From an uncultured Erwinia sp. (lineage in GTDB: Bacteria; Pseudomonadota; Gammaproteobacteria; Enterobacterales; Enterobacteriaceae): a stretch of 64,000 nucleotides of DNA. The stretch lies in the NCBI GenBank assembly GCA_946221915.1, contig CAMIKG010000006.1, forward strand, positions 28,075 to 92,074. Reading direction: 5' to 3'. Under the pieces are notes generated by a model. That model made no database searches, was not told where the DNA came from, and saw only the letters and a list, made by a program, of their open reading frames with translations. Of the stretch, positions 18,717 through 28,633 are shown in pieces (position 1 is the stretch's first letter; each line of letters starts with the position of its first letter). The translations under genes and the position numbers were made by a program.

Positions 18717-19454
18717 GTGGTAACCACTAATTTGATGCAAACAGACCTGTCTGTTTGGGGCATGTATGAACATGCCGACATCGTCGTTAAAGCGGTAATG
18801 ATTGGCCTGCTTCTGGCATCCGTCATCACCTGGGCGATTTTCTTTAGCAAAAGCGCAGAACTGCTGTCGGCAAAACGCCGTCTCAAACGTGAACAGCAGG
18901 CGCTGGCTACGGTGCGTTCGCTGAACGAAGCGGCGGAAAGCAGCAAAACTTTTAAAGCGAACAGCCTCAGTACGCTGCTGGTGAATGAAGCGCTGGACGA
19001 GCTGGATCTCTCCGCTGGCTCGGATGATAACGACGGAATTAAAGAACGTACCGGTTTTCGCCTTGAGCGACGCGTTGCGGCATTCAGCCGCCATGCTGGC
19101 CGTGGCAACGGTTATCTGGCGACCATTGGCGCCATCGCGCCGTTCGTCGGTCTGTTCGGCACCGTATGGGGCATCATGAACAGCTTTATCGGCATCGCGA
19201 AAACCCAGACTACCAACCTGGCGGTGGTTGCACCGGGTATCGCCGAAGCGCTGCTGGCGACCGCCATTGGTCTGGTTGCCGCGATTCCTGCCGTGGTCAT
19301 CTACAACGTCTTTGCCCGCATGATCGCCAGCTACAAAGCGTCACTGGGTGATGTGGCGGCGCAGGTTCTGCTGCTGCAAAGCCGCGATCTGGATCTGGCT
19401 AACAGCCAGCAGGCGCACCAGACCGCTGCGGCGCACAAACTGCGGGCAGGTTAA
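18717..19454 (+). CDS. exbB: TonB-system proton-channel protein ExbB
   Basis: …NLMQTDLSVWGMYEHADIVVKAVMIGLLLASVITWAIFFSK… is about 80% identical to E. coli ExbB. Start is probably GTG 18717 (equivalent to E. coli MGNNLMQTDL); an alternative ATG lies at 18735. Confidence 0.9.
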   Translation: MVTTNLMQTDLSVWGMYEHADIVVKAVMIGLLLASVITWAIFFSKSAELLSAKRRLKREQQALATVRSLNEAAESSKTFKANSLSTLLVNEALDELDLSAGSDDNDGIKERTGFRLERRVAAFSRHAGRGNGYLATIGAIAPFVGLFGTVWGIMNSFIGIAKTQTTNLAVVAPGIAEALLATAIGLVAAIPAVVIYNVFARMIASYKASLGDVAAQVLLLQSRDLDLANSQQAHQTAAAHKLRAG

Positions 19455-19459
19455 GCACC

Positions 19460-19882
19460 ATGGCGATGCGATTAAACGAAGATCTCGACAGCAACGGTGA
19501 AATGCATGAAATCAACGTCACGCCGTTTATCGACGTGATGCTGGTATTGCTGATCATCTTTATGGTGGCTGCGCCGCTGGCGACAGTGGATGTCCGCGTT
19601 AATCTGCCTGCATCAACCAGTGCGCCACAACCGCGTCCGGAAAAACCGGTTTATCTGTCAATTAAAGAAGATAAGCAGCTGTTTATCGGCAATCAAGCGG
19701 TGACCAAAGAGAACCTGGTCGAGGTGCTCAACGGCCAGACGGAAGGGAAAAAAGATACCACCATCTTCTTCCAGGCGGATAAGAGCGTGGATTATGAAAC
19801 CCTGATGGGCGTAATGGATTCACTGCGCCAGGCGGGTTATCTCAAGATTGGTTTAATGGGTATGGAAAGCGCAGCCCGTTAA
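19460..19882 (+). CDS. exbD: TonB-system protein ExbD
   Basis: MAMRLNEDLDSNGEMHEINVTPFIDVMLVLLIIFMV...; 140 aa, collinear with E. coli ExbD. Confidence 0.92.
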   Translation: MAMRLNEDLDSNGEMHEINVTPFIDVMLVLLIIFMVAAPLATVDVRVNLPASTSAPQPRPEKPVYLSIKEDKQLFIGNQAVTKENLVEVLNGQTEGKKDTTIFFQADKSVDYETLMGVMDSLRQAGYLKIGLMGMESAAR

Positions 19883-19904
19883 GCTGACTTTTATTGTCCA
19901 GTTG

Positions 19905-19934
19905 AAAAAGGAGCCTGTTGCGGCTCCTTTTTTA
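19905..19934. terminator. Bidirectional rho-independent terminator between exbD (+) and the MHYT-GGDEF-EAL gene (-)
   Basis: aaaaaGGAGCC-tgttgc-GGCTCCttttttatt: perfect stem flanked by an A-run and a T-run. Confidence 0.75.
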
Positions 19935-19935
19935 T

Positions 19936-22026
19936 TTACGACTCTTTCGGGGGTTCGGCTCCGACATAGTCCTGCAACTCACCCACTTTTTCCGGCGGTA
20001 GTGGACGGCCCAGCAGATATCCCTGCAGCGAGTTACAGCCCAGATCAGTCAGAAACTCCTGCTGTTCATTGGTTTCCACCCCTTCAGCTACCACCTTCAG
20101 GTTCAGTGACTGCGCCAGCGCGACAATGGCGGAGACAATGGTGGCATCTTCTGTTTCTTTGCGCAGTTCATTGACAAAGGCCCGGTCAATTTTCAGCTCG
20201 CTGGCGGGTAAACGCTTCAGATACAGCAGGCTGGAGTAGCCGGTGCCGAAATCATCAATTGAGGCTTTTACGCCCAGTTCGGTGAGCTCGGTCAGAATGC
20301 GCACGCTCTCATCCGGATTACGCATCGCGGTAGTTTCCGTCACTTCCAGCGTCAGCAGTTCCGCCGGAATATGATGGGTGTTCAGCGCAGTGATCACCGT
20401 TTCCACCAGGTTACTCTGTTCAAATTGCAGAGCAGATAAGTTCACCGCCACTGACCAGTTGCTGTGCCCCTGCAGATGCCATTCCCGTAGCTGGCGGCAG
20501 GCTTCATTGATCACCCAGCTGCCGATATTAATGATCAGGCCGGTTTTTTCCGCCATCGGCAGGAAGACATCAGGGGTCAGCAGGCCGCGGCGCGGATGCT
20601 GCCAGCGCAGCAGCGCTTCAAAGCCGAGGATCGGGCCATGAGGCGCGCAATACTTCGGCTGATAAAACAGCCGCAGCTGGTCATGCTCCAGCGCCAGCCA
20701 GAGATCGTTAATCAGCTGCAGCTGATTCTGCGCAATGGTGTTCATCGATGGCTGGAAAAAGTTGTAGCCATTGCGCCCGTTATTTTTGGTGTGGTACATC
20801 GCCGCGTCGGCATTAAACAGCAGCTCACGCTCATCAGCGCCATCGCCCGGGAACACGGCGATGCCAATACTGAGTGACACAATTAACTCGTAGCGGGAGA
20901 TTTCAAAAGGCTGAGCGATGGCTTTCACCAGGGCATTCGCCACCGCAGCGGCGTCATTGGGCTCTTCTATTTCGATGAGCAGGACAAACTCATCCCCCCC
21001 CAGCCGTGCCAGCGTGTAGTGCCCTTCAATTTTGGCTGTCATCCGTTCGGTGACGGCAACCAGCAGGCTGTCGCCGATATGGTGACCAAACGCATCATTG
21101 ACCGCCTTAAAGCCATCGAGGTCCATAAACATCAGCGCAAACTGCGTGTTCTCGCGCGTGGCTTTATTGATGGCCTGGTCAAGACGGTCTTCCAGCAGAA
21201 TGCGATTAGGCAGGCGGGTCAGATTGTCATGCAGCGCCAGCTGCGCCAGTTCACGATTGGCTTCTGCCAGCGATGAAGCCAGCACTGAGGTGCGTGCCTG
21301 CAGGCGCGCATCCAGCATTGAGACCAGTAGGGTGATCCCCAGTATCGCCAGCGTCACCACCATCACCAGCACGGCCAGCCAGTTGCTGTCGACGCCCTCA
21401 GCGCCGAAGTGGTGACTGTGGCTGCCCACAGGGAAGTTGGCCGCCGCCATGCCGGTATAGTGCATACCCGCAATCGCGATACCCATAATCACCGCAGCAC
21501 CAATACGTAACCAGGTTTTGCGTTCAGCATCGTTGCGCAGCTTAAACGCCAGCCACAGCGCGGCGCCTGACGCCACCAGCGCAATCACCACTGAACAGCT
21601 AATCCAGCGCCAGTCCCAGACAATGCCAGGCGCAAAGATTAGTGCCGCCATGCCGGTGTAGTGCATTGCGACCACGCCGCTGCCCATCACAACCGCGCCA
21701 ACGCACAGGCGCATCATGGGCAGCTGACCTTTACAGACAATCCACAGCGCAAACACTGATGCTGCGATAGCAATCACCATCGATAAGGCAGTCAGCGGAG
21801 AGCTGTAACTCATCTGCATCGGCAGATTCATCGCCAGCATGCCGATAAAATGCATTGACCAGATGCCAATGCCCATGGCAAAGCCACCGCCAAATAACCA
21901 GACTACCGCTGCCTTTCCGCTGCTGCTGCTGACACGGCCAGCCATATCCAGTGCGGTATAGGAAGCAAGAATGGCAACAATAATCGAAACGATGACCATG
22001 AGATGATCGTACGAACTAACAAGCAT
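19936..22026 (-). CDS. MHYT-domain membrane sensor fused to GGDEF diguanylate cyclase and EAL phosphodiesterase domains
   Basis: Repeated MHYTGMAA motifs in the N-terminal TM region. GGDEF motif (RLGGDEFVLL) and EAL motif (FEALLRWQHP) are intact. ATG at 22026. Confidence 0.85.
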   Translation of the reverse strand: MLVSSYDHLMVIVSIIVAILASYTALDMAGRVSSSSGKAAVVWLFGGGFAMGIGIWSMHFIGMLAMNLPMQMSYSSPLTALSMVIAIAASVFALWIVCKGQLPMMRLCVGAVVMGSGVVAMHYTGMAALIFAPGIVWDWRWISCSVVIALVASGAALWLAFKLRNDAERKTWLRIGAAVIMGIAIAGMHYTGMAAANFPVGSHSHHFGAEGVDSNWLAVLVMVVTLAILGITLLVSMLDARLQARTSVLASSLAEANRELAQLALHDNLTRLPNRILLEDRLDQAINKATRENTQFALMFMDLDGFKAVNDAFGHHIGDSLLVAVTERMTAKIEGHYTLARLGGDEFVLLIEIEEPNDAAAVANALVKAIAQPFEISRYELIVSLSIGIAVFPGDGADERELLFNADAAMYHTKNNGRNGYNFFQPSMNTIAQNQLQLINDLWLALEHDQLRLFYQPKYCAPHGPILGFEALLRWQHPRRGLLTPDVFLPMAEKTGLIINIGSWVINEACRQLREWHLQGHSNWSVAVNLSALQFEQSNLVETVITALNTHHIPAELLTLEVTETTAMRNPDESVRILTELTELGVKASIDDFGTGYSSLLYLKRLPASELKIDRAFVNELRKETEDATIVSAIVALAQSLNLKVVAEGVETNEQQEFLTDLGCNSLQGYLLGRPLPPEKVGELQDYVGAEPPKES

Positions 22027-22071
22027 AACTGTTCTCAAGCGATGATGACCCGTTGGCCGGATTACTGGGTG

Positions 22072-22275
22072 TGTATACCCGTCATACTTCAAGCTGCAGA
22101 TGCGTTGGCTTTGTTACTCGTCCCTTCTCAGGGACTCGCCCCGTTGGGGCCGCCGCAAGCGGCGTTCAAATCTGCTTTGGCAGATTTGTCACTCACCCCG
22201 GTCACTTACTGGAGTAAGCTCCCGGGGATTCGCTGCGTCGCCGCCTTCCTGCAACTCGAATTATTTAGGGTATAG
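22072..22275. repeat. ERIC (enterobacterial repetitive intergenic consensus / IRU) element, long form with a central insertion
   Basis: Contains gtaagctcccggggattc (matches ERIC1R primer GTAAGCTCCTGGGGATTCAC) and cactcaccccggtcacttac (complement of ERIC2 AAGTAAGTGACTGGGGTGAGCG). Also the terminal tatacccgtcatacttcaagctgca…/…gcaactcgaattatttagggtata imperfect palindrome. Confidence 0.7.
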
Positions 22276-22810
22276 AAACTGAAAATAGTGTTGTTGTATT
22301 TATCTATGCGGAATATCGGCACTAAACTGGTCCGACTTCGATAAATTAAACCGATGCGTCTGAACAATTTTTTCTCCGCAGCTTGCCCGGTGCGCATACA
22401 GCCGCGACGCAACGATGAACCACAGTAAAAATACCCATAAATTTTAATGTGTTAATTAATTCAAATACCTGGCTGCAAGAAAATAACATCGGAACAGTCG
22501 TTCGCATAGATCCGGCCAGCACAATCTTTCTCAGTATTGTCGAACTCTTCTCATCGCGCGATTGCAGAATGTGACTTATCCGAAAAATTTCACTTAAGGA
22601 TAATTTTACTGATTGCCACTACGCTTACTTCCAGCCTGTTCTATAGTAAATAAAACTGATGCGTAAAGCGGCGGCATCCGCAGCCAGGCCGCATGGCGCA
22701 GTCAACTATCGCCAGTGAGAGCGAAAATAAGTTAGACCTTTTTATCTTTATTGTTTTGTCGCCAGGAGTGAAAGCACGCTTATTACTTTGATGATCAGTA
22801 AGGATTGGGT

Positions 22811-23377
22811 ATGAAAATGAAGCTTTTACTGGTGGGCTGTGGCCTTGGCCTCGGAGTTGCCTGCTCAGGCTTTGCCGCCACCACAACGGGGACAATTGGT
22901 GCAACTCTGGTGCTGACAACGGGATGTCTGGTCAATGGCCAGTCAGGGACGTCCGGCGTTAACTTTGGTACTCTGGACTTCGGTACCAGCGCTGCCACCT
23001 TCTCAACACTGAACGCCACGCTGGTCGGGTCACAGGGCAATGGTTTCTACGTGCGTTGCACTACCGGGCAAACCTACAGCGTACAGATTACCGGCAGCCG
23101 CGCGGCGCCAGCAACGGTGTATGGTACGCCAGGCGCACAACCGCGTTACCTGATCCTCGGCAGCGATGCGACGCAGGGTATCACTTACACCCTGTATAGC
23201 GACGCCGCTTATACCAATGCCATCGCCAATAACACCAACCTGACTGCTAATGGTACGGCCAGCCCAACGCTGGGTGATTTCTACCAGATGTATGGTCGGG
23301 TAAATGGTGGCGGTTTTAACCCGGTTATTCCTGCCGGGACCTACACGGATAGTATCAGCGTCGCTGTGAACTACTGA
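22811..23377 (+). CDS. Spore-coat-U (SCPU) domain fimbrial major subunit, CsuA/B-like
   Basis: Signal peptide MKMKLLLVGCGLGLGVACSGFA then SCPU-type pilin (…GTLDFGTSAA…, C-terminal …GTYTDSISVAVNY). AAGGA RBS. First gene of a Csu-like operon. Confidence 0.8.
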   Translation: MKMKLLLVGCGLGLGVACSGFAATTTGTIGATLVLTTGCLVNGQSGTSGVNFGTLDFGTSAATFSTLNATLVGSQGNGFYVRCTTGQTYSVQITGSRAAPATVYGTPGAQPRYLILGSDATQGITYTLYSDAAYTNAIANNTNLTANGTASPTLGDFYQMYGRVNGGGFNPVIPAGTYTDSISVAVNY

Positions 23378-23402
23378 TTAGATCGCTGTCAGGGAGGTCA
23401 TA

Positions 23403-23933
23403 GTGCCGGGGAAGGTGAGTTGTGGCGCAGGATGCGTACGGTCGCTATGTGCACTGCTGTTTTTGTTTTGCAGCAGTGCACTGGCGTTGCCCACGCAGAC
23501 CTTTCAGGTTTCTGCCTCAGTTGTGGCAGGCTGTGTGATTTCCGGAACGAATACCGGCGTTTTCGGTACGCTTGATTTCGGCACCCGTTCTGGTGTGGCG
23601 ACAACCAGTGCTACCGCCAGTTTTGTCCAGAGTTCGACCATCAACCTTGCCTGCACGCCCGGCACCACGCTGAATATGAGTATTAACGGCGGCAGCAACT
23701 ACACCACCACGCGTAACCTCAAGCTGGCGAATTTTAGCAATATCGTCGCCTATCGCATTTTTACCAGCTCCAGCTACTCAGCCGCCAGTGAGATTCCGGT
23801 GAATCAAAACGTCGCGCTGAGCTTCAGCAATGCCAACAACATCACACTGCCGATTTATGGCCTTTTGCAGCTGAGTGGCGTCAATCGTGCCGGTACCTAT
23901 ACCGATACGCTGACGGTAACACTGGGCTGGTAG
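23403..23933 (+). CDS. SCPU-domain fimbrial minor subunit (CsuA-like)
   Basis: Signal peptide plus …GTLDFGTRSG… and C-terminal …GTYTDTLTVTLGW, homologous to the preceding pilin. GTG start 23403 with GGAGG RBS. Confidence 0.75.
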   Translation: MPGKVSCGAGCVRSLCALLFLFCSSALALPTQTFQVSASVVAGCVISGTNTGVFGTLDFGTRSGVATTSATASFVQSSTINLACTPGTTLNMSINGGSNYTTTRNLKLANFSNIVAYRIFTSSSYSAASEIPVNQNVALSFSNANNITLPIYGLLQLSGVNRAGTYTDTLTVTLGW

Positions 23934-23965
23934 CGCACTATTTATTGCCGGGAAGGAGATCATCA

Positions 23966-24670
23966 ATGAACATCACGCGCACACTACTGATTCTGTTTGC
24001 CACACTCTTCACCGCGCTCAGCCATGCAGCGAACTCGGTACTGATTTGGCCCATCGATCCCAAACTGGGCAGCAGTGAGAAAGCGACGGAGCTGTGGCTG
24101 GAGAATCGCGGCGAAAGCACCACGCTGATGCAGGTCAGGGTGCTGGGCTGGATGCAGGTGAACGGCCAGGAGCGTTATGAAACGCAGCAGCGCGTCGTGG
24201 CCAGCCCGCCAATGGTGCGTATCGAACCCGGTCAAAGACAGCTGGTGCGTCTGATTAAACAGACGGCGGCGCCTACCGGACAGGAAGCGGCATACCGGGT
24301 GTTGCTGGATGAAATTCCGCGTCCACAAACGCCAGGCGAAAACCAGGCCGGGCTGATGATGCAGATGCGCTATTCGGTACCGCTGTTTGTTTATGGTAAT
24401 GGACTGGCTGCCGACAGCGCGCAGCCGGTGCTCAGCTGGCGTGTGGTCAGTGAGCAGGGAAAATCATTTCTTGAAATCACCAATCGCGGCGCGGGACATG
24501 CGCGGCTGAGTAATGTCACTCTGGGTGGTCGCAGTGTAGGGCAGGGACTTTTCGGCTACGTGCTGGCGAATTCCGTTAACCGCTGGCCGCTCACTTTTCC
24601 CGCGTCGTCAGGCAGTGAGCTGACGGCGGAAATGAATAAGAAGAACTGGCGCAGTCGTGGTGCTGAATAA
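23966..24670 (+). CDS. Periplasmic fimbrial chaperone (CsuC/PapD-like)
   Basis: MNITRTLLILFATLFTALSHAANSVLIWPIDPKL... is the chaperone N-domain. GAAGGAG RBS. Confidence 0.82.
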   Translation: MNITRTLLILFATLFTALSHAANSVLIWPIDPKLGSSEKATELWLENRGESTTLMQVRVLGWMQVNGQERYETQQRVVASPPMVRIEPGQRQLVRLIKQTAAPTGQEAAYRVLLDEIPRPQTPGENQAGLMMQMRYSVPLFVYGNGLAADSAQPVLSWRVVSEQGKSFLEITNRGAGHARLSNVTLGGRSVGQGLFGYVLANSVNRWPLTFPASSGSELTAEMNKKNWRSRGAE

Positions 24671-24676
24671 TAACCG

Positions 24677-27121
24677 ATGAATCTTTTGCTACCTGCGCCG
24701 TTGCGCCCTTATCCGCTGGTGATCGGCGGCCTGTTTTGCATCCTGCTGCCACTGAGCGGCATTGCGGAAACCTTTGACAGTTTGCCGCCTCCCCCAGAGG
24801 TCAATATGGGGGGCGGCAACCAGCAATATATGCTGGCTCTGGTGGTGAACGGGCAGGATAACGGCACGATTGTGCCGGTCGAATTTCGTGACGGGCACTA
24901 CCTGGTGCGCGCAGGCGATCTGCAGCGTGCCGGTATCCCGCAGGATAAACTGACGGCGCCGCTGGTGGATGTGTCAGTATTGCCAGAGGTCAAAGCGGAG
25001 TACGACAGCCAGCGCCAGCGGTTATTGATCAGCGTGCCGCCCGGCTGGTTGCCAGAACAAACTTTCACCGGAGAAGACGGCTCACCGCGTTATCCCGGGC
25101 GCGCCAGTAACGGCGCGATGATTAACTATGATTTCTACGTCACGCGCACTGACGGTGTTGGCACACGCCTGTCGGCATGGAATGAGTTCCGCCTGTTTGG
25201 ATCTGCCGGCCAATTTGTCACCAATGGCACCGTTCAGCAGACGCTGGATGGTGAGCTGGAATATCTGGATAACGGCTATATCCGCTATGACACCTACTGG
25301 GCCGGGCAAAATGAGACGGATTCACTCAGCTGGCGCGTGGGTGACCTGGTGACGGATGCGCTGTCCTGGAGTAACAGCGTGCGCATCGGCGGTGTACAGT
25401 TTGGTCGCGATTTCTCTCTGCGTCCGGACTTAGTCACCTATCCGCTGCCGAGTTTTGCCGGGCAGGCCTCGGTGCCATCGACGGTGGATCTGTTTGTGAA
25501 TGGCTATCGCAGCAGCAGCCATCAGGTGCAGCCCGGCCCCTACTCGCTGACCAATATGCCGTTTGTGAATGGTGCAGGGAATGCCGTGATTGTCACTACC
25601 GACGCGGTCGGGCGGCAGGTGACCACTACATTACCGTTTTATGTCGCCAGTGACCTGCTGAAGTCCGGCCTGTCAGATTTTTCCATTGCTGCCGGCAGCA
25701 TTCGTGAAAATTACGGCATCAGCAATTTTGATTACGGTCCGGCTGTTGTCAGCGGCTCATATCGCTATGGTCTCACCGACTGGCTGACGCTGGAGAGCCA
25801 TGCTGAAGGCGCTGATTCGCTGGCGCTGGCGGGCGGCGGTGCGCAGATCAAAATCGGCCCGTTTGGTGTGATTAATGGCGCACTGGTGCAAAGCCAGATG
25901 GAGGGCGACACCGGCACCCAATACAACTGGGGTTATCAGTACAACACCAGCTGGTTCAGCCTTGGTACACAGCACACACAGCGCACCCGCGAGTTTGGCG
26001 ACCTGGCGTTGTATGGCAACCGCCGTGGTGTGGCCGCCGCTTACAACTACACCCTGAGTCGCCGCAGTTCGCAGTACAATGCCAGCGTCTCGCTGAATCA
26101 GTACGGCAGCCTCGGACTGGCGTTTATTGATATCACCAGTGGCGAAGGGGATCGTACCCGTTTATGGAACCTGTCGTGGAGCCGGAATCTGTGGGGCAAC
26201 AGCAGTATTTATATCGCCGCCAGTCGCGATCAGCAGCAGGGCGAGTGGACCGGGGCGATCTCGCTGGTGCTCCCCTTTGGTGAACGCTCCAGTGCCAGCA
26301 TGAGTGTGGAGCGTAACCAGCAGGGAGGAAATGCCCAGCGCGTCTGGCTGTCGCGCGGAATGCTGAGCGATGGGGGGATGTCGTGGGATGCCTCCTGGGC
26401 GAATCAGAGTCAGAGCGGCGATTATCGCCAGGCCAGCCTGAGCTGGCGCACGCAAAAAATGACTGCTTCTGGCGGGTTCTACGGCGATGGCGATAACGAC
26501 ACGACGTGGGGCGATTTGGCCGGTTCGCTGGTGGTAATGGATGGCAATGTATTTGCCGCGAATGCGGTAAATGATGCCTTTGTGCTGGTGAGGACGGGCT
26601 ATCCCAACATCAATGTCCGTTATGAAAATCAGTCGATGGGCAGAACTGACAGTGCGGGTTATCTGCTGGTGCCGGGCATCAGCTCTTATTACCCGGCGAA
26701 GTACGATATCGACACCATGGATTTGCCCGCCGATATGACCGCCTCGCGCGTTGAACAGCGCTTTGCCGTTAAACGGCAAAGTGGTTATCTGCTGGATTTC
26801 CCAATTGAGAAATTACGCGCCGCCAGTGTGATCCTGCACGATCAGAACGGCAATCCGCTGCCGGTCTCCACGCTGGTGAACCGGCCGGGCCAGGCCACCG
26901 AGTATGTGGGCTGGGATGGTATCGTCTGGATGGACGATCTGGATGAAGATAATCCGATTAGCGCCCAGACGCCTGATGGACGCAGCTGTGAAACGCGCTT
27001 AACCATCGCGGGCGGTCAGCCGCAGGCACTGAGCACCTATGGTCCCTTAACCTGCGCATTGCCGCCACGCCCGCAGGGCGCGTCTGCTGCGCCGCAGAGC
27101 AATTTGCCAGCAGGAAACTGA
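24677..27121 (+). CDS. Fimbrial outer-membrane usher (CsuD-like)
   Basis: 814-aa signal-peptide protein following the chaperone. Size and position are typical of a chaperone-usher usher. Confidence 0.82.
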   Translation: MNLLLPAPLRPYPLVIGGLFCILLPLSGIAETFDSLPPPPEVNMGGGNQQYMLALVVNGQDNGTIVPVEFRDGHYLVRAGDLQRAGIPQDKLTAPLVDVSVLPEVKAEYDSQRQRLLISVPPGWLPEQTFTGEDGSPRYPGRASNGAMINYDFYVTRTDGVGTRLSAWNEFRLFGSAGQFVTNGTVQQTLDGELEYLDNGYIRYDTYWAGQNETDSLSWRVGDLVTDALSWSNSVRIGGVQFGRDFSLRPDLVTYPLPSFAGQASVPSTVDLFVNGYRSSSHQVQPGPYSLTNMPFVNGAGNAVIVTTDAVGRQVTTTLPFYVASDLLKSGLSDFSIAAGSIRENYGISNFDYGPAVVSGSYRYGLTDWLTLESHAEGADSLALAGGGAQIKIGPFGVINGALVQSQMEGDTGTQYNWGYQYNTSWFSLGTQHTQRTREFGDLALYGNRRGVAAAYNYTLSRRSSQYNASVSLNQYGSLGLAFIDITSGEGDRTRLWNLSWSRNLWGNSSIYIAASRDQQQGEWTGAISLVLPFGERSSASMSVERNQQGGNAQRVWLSRGMLSDGGMSWDASWANQSQSGDYRQASLSWRTQKMTASGGFYGDGDNDTTWGDLAGSLVVMDGNVFAANAVNDAFVLVRTGYPNINVRYENQSMGRTDSAGYLLVPGISSYYPAKYDIDTMDLPADMTASRVEQRFAVKRQSGYLLDFPIEKLRAASVILHDQNGNPLPVSTLVNRPGQATEYVGWDGIVWMDDLDEDNPISAQTPDGRSCETRLTIAGGQPQALSTYGPLTCALPPRPQGASAAPQSNLPAGN

Positions 27122-27123
27122 AC

Positions 27124-28122
27124 ATGAAAAAAGTGTTATCCGGCTTCATCGTTTTAGGCGCGCTGGGCTTTGCTGCCAGCAGCCGGGCGGCGTGCGATCT
27201 GCCTGTGGCCAGCGCCGGTTTTGGTACTGCGACTTCATTTGCGGTCAACAGCACCATCAGCTCAACCTCAACCAACGTAAACGTCAACTGCGGTGCGGGC
27301 AATCTGCTGTCGTTACTGTCGTCGAACAACATTACGATACGTCTCGCCAGTGCATCCAATGTTTCCGGCACGCGTGGCACCATGAAACGTGCCGGTGACA
27401 CCAGTACCGACAATATTCCGGTTCAGCTATGCACCACTGCAACCTGTGCCACGGAAATGACTATCGGCGCAACGGCGATTACCTACAGCTCCTCTCAGTT
27501 GCTTAATCTGGTCGGTTTGTTGGGAGGACTGAACTTCAGTATTCCGGTCTACCTGCGCACTGTTCCGGGCCAGGTCGTGGCGGCGGGCACTTATACGGTA
27601 ACGCTTAATGTGGCGGTGACTTACCGCATTTGTACCGGACTGGCGGTGGGGGGATTGCTCTGCCTCTCAGGTCAGGATCAGAACGGTTCCGGAACCGTGC
27701 CGATCACCGTCACCATGACGGTCACCAATGACTGTACGACCATTACCGCCCCCAATATTAGTTTTGGCAGCGCGCCGCTGGTGAGCAGTTTCTCCACGGT
27801 TTCGCAGACAATTAGCGTGGTGTGTACCAAAGGCAGCAGCTATACCGTCGGGCTAAGCAATGGCTCCAATCCGGCCAATGGCGTGCGTAATATGATCAGC
27901 AGCGCCGGCAACCGCCTGAGTTATGACATTTATAAAGGCAGCAGCACCACCAGTCGCTGGGGACCGAGCAGCACTGAGCGTGTCAGCAGCACGGATTCCA
28001 ATCCAATCGCGGGCGATGGCACGACGCGCGTTTTCTCTTATACCGCGAAAGTGCTGACGACGCAGAACACGCCGGTGGCGGGGAATTACAGCGATAATGT
28101 GGTGGTGGACTTATCGTTCTGA
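27124..28122 (+). CDS. SCPU-domain tip adhesin (CsuE-like)
   Basis: 332 aa with signal peptide and two SCPU-like halves. Last gene of the operon, 3 bp after the usher stop. Confidence 0.72.
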   Translation: MKKVLSGFIVLGALGFAASSRAACDLPVASAGFGTATSFAVNSTISSTSTNVNVNCGAGNLLSLLSSNNITIRLASASNVSGTRGTMKRAGDTSTDNIPVQLCTTATCATEMTIGATAITYSSSQLLNLVGLLGGLNFSIPVYLRTVPGQVVAAGTYTVTLNVAVTYRICTGLAVGGLLCLSGQDQNGSGTVPITVTMTVTNDCTTITAPNISFGSAPLVSSFSTVSQTISVVCTKGSSYTVGLSNGSNPANGVRNMISSAGNRLSYDIYKGSSTTSRWGPSSTERVSSTDSNPIAGDGTTRVFSYTAKVLTTQNTPVAGNYSDNVVVDLSF

Positions 28123-28633
28123 TGACGATGTTGCTCTGCTGCAGAGATCATCGTTAATGACTCGGGCAAAATGAAGGCCACGGGGCTGGTGGTGAAGGTT
28201 CGTCGTTTAGCGGCCTGATCCGGCTTCATTGCTGCCATAGGCGTCATACCCTATTTTGTATGGTGCGCTGACAGCGTCGTCCGGCATGGCGCTGTGCTGG
28301 TTCATGCCCTCCGGATTGACATAACTCTTTATCGGGTTATGCAGCGCGAACAGCGGGTAATTTGACTTAATTTATATCTTTAATTTCCCTGCGTAATTAA
28401 TTGGCGTGACTGTAAAGGAAGTGTAAATCCGGCTGAGTGATGTGTTTTATATCAGTGTATTTGGCGGTTTTCTTGTCGGTTTGAATCGTTATTTTTAGTT
28501 AGGGTGTCATTTTTATCTGACTTAAGTTAAATCGTCCGGATTTGATCTTTAATTCCGGCGGCTTAAGTTTATTTCTAAATATTAATGGTAATCTAATAAG
28601 CAATACTTTCTCATCAGAATAGTCCGCATTACT

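Noticed and set aside
22003-22275. ORF 22003..22275 (90 aa) and a possible tRNA-like structure in the ERIC region
   Set aside because: The sequence matches the ERIC repeat consensus including both primer cores. No tRNA cloverleaf or anticodon arm could be built by eye.
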